Positions 1-6,399 of a stretch of 22,016 bases of DNA are shown in pieces. Source of the stretch: a virus; UHGV virus genome UHGV-1354680. The stretch is one strand, 5' to 3'. Every line of letters begins with the position of its first letter. The stretch's first letter is position 1. A program made the position numbers and the translations under genes. The notes under the pieces are model-generated. The model did no database searches. It saw only the letters and a list, made by a program, of their open reading frames with translations, and was not told where the DNA came from.

Positions 1-7
1 ATAAATA

Positions 8-24
8 AAGTGGTCTGACCTGAT
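8..24. promoter_or_regulatory. FadR-type operator, probably serving the divergent fadIJ promoter left of the window
   Basis: AAGTGGTCTGACCTGAT matches the remembered FadR palindrome core TGGTCnGACC flanked by A/T. It lies downstream of the yfcZ 3' end, where fadI would begin in the E. coli map. Confidence 0.45.
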
Positions 25-107
25 CATAGTCTTAACCATTTTTTTACATTTAGCCAAGTGGAGAAAAGGGAAAGTGGGAGCTATGACACAGAGAGAAAAG
101 TTGAAGA

Positions 108-145
108 GAAAATAAAACGCCCCTGCCAGCAGCTGACAGGGGCGT
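108..145 (-). terminator. rho-independent terminator downstream of yfcZ
   Basis: GC-rich imperfect hairpin acgcccctgccagc/gctgacaggggcgt. On the minus strand it is followed by TTTTATTTT (plus-strand A-run 108-116) and sits just past the yfcZ stop at 162-164. Confidence 0.6.
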
Positions 146-161
146 ATGTACCCGAGAGGAA

Positions 162-446
162 TTAACGCAGACCCAGCTGGAAGATCAGCATTTCAGCTTC
201 GCAGGCAAAAGTGAAATCGATATCCAGGCGCACACCGTCAGACTCTTCAGTGAAAGTCGGGGTGATTTTGCACGGTTCGGATTCCACGCTACGGGCTTTT
301 TCAGTCAGCGCCGCCAGCGTTTGTTCTGCTTCTGCGCGGTTTGCAAACACACGGCTGTAAGACGCGGTGCAGTCGGAGTTGTCCATAATGGTGCCAACAT
401 CCATACAGCAGCAAACCGGGGTTTCATCAGCACTACATTTACTCAT
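162..446 (-). CDS. yfcZ: YfcZ family small protein (UPF0381)
   Basis: The ORF-track translation from MSKCSADETPVCCCMDVGTIMDNSD... matches remembered YfcZ. Start trimmed to the internal ATG at 446 because AGAGGAAA lies about 7 nt upstream of it; the track start at 470 has no SD. Confidence 0.8.
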   Translation of the reverse strand: MSKCSADETPVCCCMDVGTIMDNSDCTASYSRVFANRAEAEQTLAALTEKARSVESEPCKITPTFTEESDGVRLDIDFTFACEAEMLIFQLGLR

Positions 447-691
447 CGTTGATTTCCTCTGTATGTGCACCCAAGGTGCCAGATAAACGTTGTGGATATT
501 TTACGCTTCCGGAAAGTGCTGCTCCAGTTGTTAATTCTGCAAAATCGGATAAGTGACCGAAATCACACTTAAAAATGATCTAAAACAAAATTCACCCGAA
601 TCCATGAGTGCGCCACCTCCCAATTTTGCCAGCTGGATCGCGTTTCTTAGATCATATCTGAAAAAAGATAGAAACATACTTGCAACATTCC

Positions 692-708
692 AGCTGGTCC
701 GACCTATA
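692..708. promoter_or_regulatory. FadR operator in the fadL promoter region
   Basis: AGCTGGTCCGACCTATA contains the TGGTCnGACC core. It lies about 110 nt upstream of the fadL start, where FadR sites in the fadL promoter are expected. Confidence 0.55.
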
Positions 709-714
709 CTCTCG

Positions 715-731
715 CCACTGGTCTGATTTCT
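715..731. promoter_or_regulatory. second, weaker FadR-like half-site cluster
   Basis: CCACTGGTCTGATTTCT has the left half CTGGTC but a degenerate right half, 6 bp downstream of the first box. Confidence 0.35.
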
Positions 732-817
732 AAGATGTACCTCAGACCCTACACTTCGCGCTCCTGTTACAGCACGTAACATAGTTTGTATAAAAATAAA
801 TCATTGAGGTTATGGTC

Positions 818-2158
818 ATGAGCCAGAAAACCCTGTTTACAAAGTCTGCTCTCGCAGTCGCAGTGGCACTTATCTCCACCCAGGCCTGGTCGGCAGGCTT
901 TCAGTTAAACGAATTTTCTTCCTCTGGCCTGGGCCGGGCTTATTCAGGGGAAGGTGCAATTGCCGATGATGCAGGTAACGTTAGCCGTAACCCCGCATTG
1001 ATTACCATGTTTGACCGCCCGACATTTTCTGCGGGTGCGGTTTATATTGATCCGGATGTAGATATTACCGGACATTCTGATTTAACCGGTCAGAGTGCAA
1101 ATGCTAAAAATATCGCACCGACAGCATGGGTACCTAACCTGCACTTTGTTGCGCCTATTAACGATCAGTTTGGTTGGGGAGCGTCAATAACTTCCAACTA
1201 TGGCCTGGCTACGGAATTTACCGACAACTACGCTGCTGGTATCTATGGCGGTAAAACCGATCTGCAAACAATCAACCTTAACCTTAGCGGGGCTTATCGC
1301 CTTAACAATAGCTGGAGTTTTGGTCTTGGTTTTGATGCAGTTTATGCCAAGGCAAAAATTGAGCGTTACGCCGGTTCGCTGGGGCCATTGTTGTCTCAAC
1401 AGTTGATTGCCCAGGGTGTACCCGCTTCATTAACCAATGGTATTAATACTCCGGACTCTCAAATTGCTCATTTGAAAGGTGACGAATGGGGCTTTGGCTG
1501 GAACGCGGGTATTCTTTATGAACTGGATAAAGATAACCGTTGGGGGCTGACATATCGTTCAGAAGTTAAAATCGACTTCGAAGGGGATTACAAAAGCTCC
1601 ATTAACCCAAATCTGAACAACATTTTGGGTAACATGGGCTTACCATATGGCACGATGGGTGCAACCCAAAATGGATCCCTGACGCTGAATTTACCTGAGA
1701 TGTGGGAGATTTCTGGTTATAACCGTGTTGCGCCGCAGTGGGCAATTCACTACAGCATGGCCTATACCAGTTGGAGCCAGTTCCAGGAGCTGAAAGCGAA
1801 AGGCGATAGTGGTCAGACTCTGTTCTATAAAGATGAAGGATTCCGGGACGCGTATCGTATCGCGTTGGGTACAACCTACTATTATGATAAAAACTGGACC
1901 TTCCGTACCGGTATCGCTTATGACGACAGCCCGGTTCCGGCAGATAAACGTTCTATTTCCATTCCTGACCAGGATCGTTTGTGGTTAAGTGCTGGGTTAA
2001 CCTACGCATTTAATGAAGATGCATCCATTGACGTTGGCGCATCTTATATGCATGGTCAGAAAGTGAAATTCACCGAAGGTGAAGGAGCGGCAGCTTATTC
2101 CTTCGAGTCTGAAGGTAAAGCCTGGCTGTTCGGTACTAACTTTAACTACGCGTTCTGA
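818..2158 (+). CDS. fadL: long-chain fatty acid outer membrane transporter FadL
   Basis: [26 protein letters not shown] signal peptide and a C-terminal aromatic residue (…NFNYAF), typical of outer membrane beta-barrels. GAGGT at 806-810 is 7 nt upstream of the ATG at 818; the track ATG at 812 is too close to it. This gives 446 aa. Confidence 0.9.
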   Translation: MSQKTLFTKSALAVAVALISTQAWSAGFQLNEFSSSGLGRAYSGEGAIADDAGNVSRNPALITMFDRPTFSAGAVYIDPDVDITGHSDLTGQSANAKNIAPTAWVPNLHFVAPINDQFGWGASITSNYGLATEFTDNYAAGIYGGKTDLQTINLNLSGAYRLNNSWSFGLGFDAVYAKAKIERYAGSLGPLLSQQLIAQGVPASLTNGINTPDSQIAHLKGDEWGFGWNAGILYELDKDNRWGLTYRSEVKIDFEGDYKSSINPNLNNILGNMGLPYGTMGATQNGSLTLNLPEMWEISGYNRVAPQWAIHYSMAYTSWSQFQELKAKGDSGQTLFYKDEGFRDAYRIALGTTYYYDKNWTFRTGIAYDDSPVPADKRSISIPDQDRLWLSAGLTYAFNEDASIDVGASYMHGQKVKFTEGEGAAAYSFESEGKAWLFGTNFNYAF

Positions 2159-2178
2159 TAACGCGTTAGCTTAATAAG

Positions 2179-2210
2179 AAAAAAGGTGAGTTTTGCGACT
2201 CACCTTTTTT
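2179..2210. terminator. bidirectional rho-independent terminator between convergent fadL and mlaA
   Basis: aaaaaAGGTGAGTtttgcgACTCACCTtttttt: a 9-bp perfect stem flanked by an A-run on the left and a T-run on the right. Confidence 0.75.
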
Positions 2211-2219
2211 GTTTGTTTC

Positions 2220-2975
2220 TTATTCAGAATCGATATCTTTTAAATCATCCTGAATCGCTTGCGCGTTCGGATTTTCCTGCGGTTTGAGTTCACCGCCATT
2301 AGCGATGAAATCATGACGCTGGAAGTACGCTTCACGCACCATAATATAAGGATCGGAGGACTGACGCAGCAGACCGTCGGAATCCAACAACTGCGCACGA
2401 GTTTCTATCCCTTCAAGCGTCCATTTACCCACAGACATCGGCCAGGTCAGCCAGGAAAGAACCGGGTAAAGACTATCCGCCATATCACCACCGTCATCAC
2501 GCAGCGTGAAGCTACCGTAGAACGGTAACTGAACGTACGGCCCATAACCCACACCATAATGACCAAGCGTACTACCGAAGCGGTGAGGTTCAGTCCGTTG
2601 CAGTTTCGGGTTCGCCATCCCTGCAACATCAATAAAGCCGCCCATTCCCAAAATGGTATTCAGGAAAAAGCGGGTAAAGTGGACCATCCCCTGATAAGGG
2701 TCGCCCTGCAAGAAGTAGTTAACCATCACCGCAGGTTCTTCAAGGTTGCCGGTAAAGTTGCTCAAACCGTTACGCGCAGGTTGCGGAACATAATCACGCC
2801 AGGCGACAGCGACCGGTCGAACAATATACGGGTCTAATACATTGAAGTTGAAGTTGTACATAGTGCGGTTAAACCCTTCTAACGGGTCAGAACGCCCTTG
2901 CTGATCTGTACCGGAACTCGCACACCCCACCAGAAGCGTAGTTCCCAGAGCAAGCGCCGACAGGCGAAGCTTCAT
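2220..2975 (-). CDS. mlaA: outer-membrane lipoprotein MlaA (VacJ), phospholipid asymmetry maintenance
   Basis: 251 aa with lipobox LLVGC after the signal peptide; translation matches remembered E. coli MlaA/VacJ. Confidence 0.9.
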   Translation of the reverse strand: MKLRLSALALGTTLLVGCASSGTDQQGRSDPLEGFNRTMYNFNFNVLDPYIVRPVAVAWRDYVPQPARNGLSNFTGNLEEPAVMVNYFLQGDPYQGMVHFTRFFLNTILGMGGFIDVAGMANPKLQRTEPHRFGSTLGHYGVGYGPYVQLPFYGSFTLRDDGGDMADSLYPVLSWLTWPMSVGKWTLEGIETRAQLLDSDGLLRQSSDPYIMVREAYFQRHDFIANGGELKPQENPNAQAIQDDLKDIDSE

Positions 2976-3268
2976 AAATGTCTCCCTGTTTTTTTATGGC
3001 TTATGCAGTTTGCCATCCATGACGGAACGATACCGTATCCGCCTGTTTAGGTGTGGGCGATTGTAACAGCACGTCAACTGATGTCCAGACGCCCTGATTT
3101 GCTGATTTGATCATAGCCTGGTAATCGCCGCCCTGTAGGCTACTTGATTCAATAGAAACAGAAAAAGGCAAACGCGGCCTTTTCTACATTTTCAGAGTAA
3201 CTCCCGCCAGTTGCGAGCAAAAAAGCCGCTACGCTTTAGCTATACGTGCTAATTCAAGAGAAGAGACC

Positions 3269-4201
3269 ATGGACAACGACAAAATTGATCAACACAGCGA
3301 CGAAATTGAAGTTGAGAGCGAAGAAAAAGAGCGCGGTAAAAAAATAGAAATAGATGAAGACCGACTCCCCTCCCGGGCGATGGCAATTCATGAGCATATC
3401 CGCCAGGATGGTGAAAAAGAGCTGGAACGCGACGCAATGGCGCTACTGTGGTCAGCCATTGCGGCGGGCCTGTCGATGGGCGCTTCGCTACTGGCAAAAG
3501 GGATATTTCATGTCGAACTGGAAGGCGTGCCGGGCAGCTTCTTGCTGGAGAATCTCGGTTATACCTTTGGTTTTATTATCGTCATAATGGCCCGCCAGCA
3601 ATTATTTACCGAAAACACCGTAACTGCGGTACTACCCGTCATGCAAAAACCGACAATGAGCAACGTCGGCTTACTTATGCGGTTATGGGGCATCGTGCTG
3701 CTGGGTAATATTCTCGGGACAGGTATTGCTGCGTGGGCATTTGAATATATGCCTATCTTCAATGAAGAAACTCGCGATGCATTTGTCAAAATCGGCATGG
3801 ATGTGATGAAGAACACCCCCAGCGAGATGTTTGCCAACGCGATCATTTCCGGCTGGCTGATCGCCACTATGGTATGGATGTTTCCTGCAGCGGGTGCGGC
3901 AAAGATTGTGGTGATTATATTGATGACCTGGCTTATTGCCCTGGGTGACACCACCCACATCGTTGTCGGTTCTGTTGAAATCCTCTATCTGGTGTTTAAC
4001 GGCACGCTGCACTGGAGCGATTTCATCTGGCCCTTCGCACTACCTACTTTAGCGGGGAACATCTGCGGCGGCACCTTTATCTTCGCGTTAATGAGTCATG
4101 CACAGATTCGTAACGACATGAGCAACAAGCGCAAAGCAGAAGCACGTCAAAAAGCAGAACGTGCGGAAAACATTAAGAAAAATGATAAAAACCCGGCATA
4201 A
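3269..4201 (+). CDS. yfdC: inner membrane protein YfdC, formate/nitrite transporter (FNT) family
   Basis: 310 aa with multiple hydrophobic segments and a charged N-terminus; sits between mlaA and argW as in the E. coli map. Confidence 0.8.
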   Translation: MDNDKIDQHSDEIEVESEEKERGKKIEIDEDRLPSRAMAIHEHIRQDGEKELERDAMALLWSAIAAGLSMGASLLAKGIFHVELEGVPGSFLLENLGYTFGFIIVIMARQQLFTENTVTAVLPVMQKPTMSNVGLLMRLWGIVLLGNILGTGIAAWAFEYMPIFNEETRDAFVKIGMDVMKNTPSEMFANAIISGWLIATMVWMFPAAGAAKIVVIILMTWLIALGDTTHIVVGSVEILYLVFNGTLHWSDFIWPFALPTLAGNICGGTFIFALMSHAQIRNDMSNKRKAEARQKAERAENIKKNDKNPA

Positions 4202-4276
4202 ATGGCGAGGGTTTAAGCAATCGAGCGGCTGTGTACTTACCCCGTAGTCCATTAGCGGGTATACTCATGCCGCATT

Positions 4277-4351
4277 GTCCTCTTAGTTAAATGGATATAA
4301 CGAGCCCCTCCTAAGGGCTAATTGCAGGTTCGATTCCTGCAGGGGACACCA
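4277..4351 (+). tRNA. argW: tRNA-Arg (anticodon CCU)
   Basis: GTCCTCTTAGTTAAATGGATATAACGAGCCCCTCCTAAGGGCTAATTGCAGGTTCGATTCCTGCAGGGGACACCA. Acceptor stem GTCCTCT/AGGGGAC, anticodon loop CT-CCT-AA, T-arm GGTTCGATTCC, 3' CCA encoded. Confidence 0.9.
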
Positions 4352-4446
4352 TTTATCAGTTCGCTCCCATCCGTACCAGTCCGCAAAATTCCCTGAATAT
4401 CAAGCCTTCCGTAGATTGACAGTTCGTAATGGTTCGCGTCAGATCG

Positions 4447-4476
4447 TTGACAGCCGTACTCCATGACGGGTAAAAA
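4447..4476 (+). promoter_or_regulatory. candidate sigma70 promoter for the integrase gene
   Basis: TTGACA at 4447-4452, an 18-nt spacer, then TAAAAA at 4471-4476. A second TTGACAG repeat at 4421-4427 could instead be an arm-type site. Weak call. Confidence 0.25.
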
Positions 4477-4512
4477 GTGGATAAAATAATTTTACCCACC
4501 GGATTTTTACCC

Positions 4513-5670
4513 ATGCTCACTGTTAAGCAGATTGAAGCAGCAAAGCCGAAAGAAAAACCATACCGCCTTCTCGATGGTAATGGCCTGTACCTTTATGTCC
4601 CTGTGTCAGGGAAAAAGGTATGGCAGCTTCGCTACAAGATTGACGGTAAGGAGAAAATCCTGACCGTCGGAAAATATCCGCTTATGACTTTGCAAGAGGC
4701 AAGGGATAAAGCATGGACTGCGAGGAAAGACATCTCGGTTGGCATCGATCCGGTAAAGGCGAAAAAGGCTTCGTCTAACAACAATTCCTTTAGTGCGATT
4801 TACAAGGAATGGTACGAGCACAAGAAGCAGGTCTGGTCAGTAGGATATGCAACTGAACTTGCAAAAATGTTTGATGACGACATTTTACCTATCATCGGCG
4901 GTCTTGAGATTCAGGATATTGAGCCGATGCAACTGCTGGAAGTAATCCGCAGATTTGAAGATCGCGGCGCAATGGAGCGAGCCAACAAAGCACGCAGAAG
5001 ATGCGGCGAGGTTTTCCGTTACGCTATTGTCACCGGAAGGGCTAAATATAACCCGGCACCTGACCTTGCAGACGCCATGAAAGGATACCGCAAGAAGAAC
5101 TTCCCGTTTCTTCCTGCAGACCAGATCCCGGCATTCAACAAAGCACTGGCAACATTTTCAGGAAGTATCGTATCGCTCATTGCGACCAAAGTTTTACGCT
5201 ACACAGCCCTAAGAACAAAAGAGCTTCGTTCCATGCAATGGAAGAACGTCGATTTTGAAAACAGGATTATCACCATCGACGCCAGTGTGATGAAGGGACG
5301 CAAAATTCATGTGGTCCCGATGTCGGACCAGGTGGTTGAACTTCTCACTACGCTAAGCTCAATCACTAAACCAGTATCAGAGTTTGTTTTTGCCGGGCGC
5401 AACGATAAGAAGAAGCCAATCTGCGAGAACGCGGTACTGCTTGTGATCAAACAAATCGGCTATGAAGGTCTGGAAAGCGGTCACGGATTCAGGCATGAAT
5501 TCAGCACGATTATGAACGAGCACGAATGGCCCGCTGATGCTATTGAAGTGCAACTGGCACATGCCAACGGCGGATCTGTGCGCGGGATTTACAACCATGC
5601 TCAGTATCTCGATAAGCGCAGAGAAATGATGCAGTGGTGGGCGGATTGGCTTGATGAAAAGGTGGCATAG
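4513..5670 (+). CDS. intS: P4-type tyrosine integrase
   Basis: Translation MLTVKQIEAAKPKEKPYRLLDGNGLYLYVPVSGKKVWQLRYK… with a C-terminal catalytic region (…HGFRHEF…HANGGSVRGIYNHAQY). ATG at 4513 gives 385 aa, the length remembered for argW-associated IntS; the track start at 4477 is GTG. Confidence 0.85.
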   Translation: MLTVKQIEAAKPKEKPYRLLDGNGLYLYVPVSGKKVWQLRYKIDGKEKILTVGKYPLMTLQEARDKAWTARKDISVGIDPVKAKKASSNNNSFSAIYKEWYEHKKQVWSVGYATELAKMFDDDILPIIGGLEIQDIEPMQLLEVIRRFEDRGAMERANKARRRCGEVFRYAIVTGRAKYNPAPDLADAMKGYRKKNFPFLPADQIPAFNKALATFSGSIVSLIATKVLRYTALRTKELRSMQWKNVDFENRIITIDASVMKGRKIHVVPMSDQVVELLTTLSSITKPVSEFVFAGRNDKKKPICENAVLLVIKQIGYEGLESGHGFRHEFSTIMNEHEWPADAIEVQLAHANGGSVRGIYNHAQYLDKRREMMQWWADWLDEKVA

Positions 5671-5673
5671 CGC

Positions 5674-5746
5674 CACCTACATCCCTGGGCAATCATCAAA
5701 CTAACCTGCACGCGCATCGTTGATGATGTAGGTGATCACCACAAAT
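5674..5746. repeat. long imperfect inverted repeat
   Basis: cacctacatc…aatcatcaa // ttgatgat gtaggtg: 10-bp outer and 8-bp inner arms around a ~20-nt loop. No U-tract follows on either strand, so it is not a clear intrinsic terminator. Confidence 0.4.
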
Positions 5747-5769
5747 ACAGGTCGAGAAGTCTCAGAGGC

Positions 5770-6066
5770 CTAATTCTTGTCAGGAATCCTCTCCCTCTTT
5801 CCGTTATCCAGATTTTCCAGATGCGGTTGCGGGTATGTCAGGTAACGCTTAATTCTGAACTCACCATCAGTTGCACAAACCAGCAATGAGCCATCACATG
5901 GGTTCAAAGATGCATCAACGACAAAGAGAGCGCCACTTAGGATGCCTTCCCGGTAGTGTGTTGCCCCCGTTTTCATGAAGTAGGTAGCCACTGGCCTCGA
6001 TATGATACGCTTGTCGATCGATATGTGCTCCTCTATGCAGTCTTGTGCAGGACTGGGGAATCCCAT
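5770..6066 (-). CDS. UmuD'-like (S24 LexA/UmuD-fold) protein lacking the N-terminal arm and the serine nucleophile motif; ends at an in-frame TAG
   Basis: From the ATG at 6066: MGFPSPAQDCIEEHISIDKRIISRPVATYFMKTGATHYREG…DGEFRIKRY… is colinear with E. coli UmuD residues 25-100 (GFPSPAADYVEQRIDL…ATYFVKASGDSM…DGEFTVKKL). GGAGGT lies 5 nt upstream of this ATG. The 64 upstream codons of the 162-aa track ORF cover the SD and LexA box and are Y/H-rich, so they are treated as 5' UTR. Confidence 0.7.
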   Translation of the reverse strand: MGFPSPAQDCIEEHISIDKRIISRPVATYFMKTGATHYREGILSGALFVVDASLNPCDGSLLVCATDGEFRIKRYLTYPQPHLENLDNGKRERIPDKN

Positions 6067-6083
6067 GATGCACCTCCGATAAT

Positions 6084-6103
6084 CGCTGTATGCACATACA
6101 GTA
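6084..6103. promoter_or_regulatory. LexA box (SOS operator) upstream of the UmuD'-like gene
   Basis: CGCTGTATGCACATACAGTA has an exact CTGT-N8-ACAG core, centred about 28 nt upstream of the ATG at 6066 and next to a possible promoter (TTGAAC…AATAAT on the minus strand). Confidence 0.7.
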
Positions 6104-6294
6104 ATTATTTGTTGGTGGCGGAGTTCAACAAGAATGGAGTATGCTTTTGCTAAGCACGCGAATGCGTATAGGGAATTTTTTGAGTGGTAGAAGTACGAGT
6201 GTAAGACTGAATGATAGACACGCAAGACCATGGAGACTTGAATGTACATGGAAATCAATGAGACTCTAACTTTACCTACCTATAGGGGTCACTG

Positions 6295-6381
6295 ATGAAT
6301 AGCAAAATTGTAGTTGCAATTAACATCGTCGCGTTTTTGCTTCTGGTTTACTTCGTAAACAAGCACCACCCATTCATGTAG
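6295..6381 (+). CDS. hypothetical 28-aa hydrophobic peptide (candidate single-pass membrane peptide)
   Basis: ATG at 6295 preceded by AGGGGT with 5-nt spacing. Translation MNSKIVVAINIVAFLLLVYFVNKHHPFM, stop TAG 6379-6381. Below the 60-aa ORF-track cutoff; no homology evidence. Confidence 0.3.
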   Translation: MNSKIVVAINIVAFLLLVYFVNKHHPFM

Positions 6382-6399
6382 CCATCCATGGCTGCATCA

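Noticed and set aside
531-782. 83-aa minus-strand ORF in the yfcZ-fadL intergenic region
   Set aside because: It overlaps the fadL promoter and FadR operators, has no SD and an atypical composition. Judged spurious.
812-817. Upstream ATG for fadL (MVMSQ…)
   Set aside because: The SD GAGGT ends 1 nt before it, too close. The ATG at 818 has 7-nt spacing and yields the expected 446 aa.
3160-3190. Short hairpin (AAGGC…GCCTT) with flanking A and T runs between mlaA and yfdC
   Set aside because: Only a 5-bp stem and no gene end nearby that it would terminate. Not reported as a terminator.
4477-4512. Track start (GTG) for the integrase, giving 397 aa
   Set aside because: The ATG at 4513 gives 385 aa, matching the remembered IntS length. 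The 12 extra codons are AT-rich promoter-like sequence.
6067-6258. The 64-codon N-terminal extension of the 162-aa track ORF for the UmuD'-like gene
   Set aside because: It would translate through the LexA box and the GGAGGT SD, is Y/H/C-rich with no resemblance to the UmuD N-terminal arm, and the internal ATG at 6066 has an ideal SD. Treated as 5' UTR.
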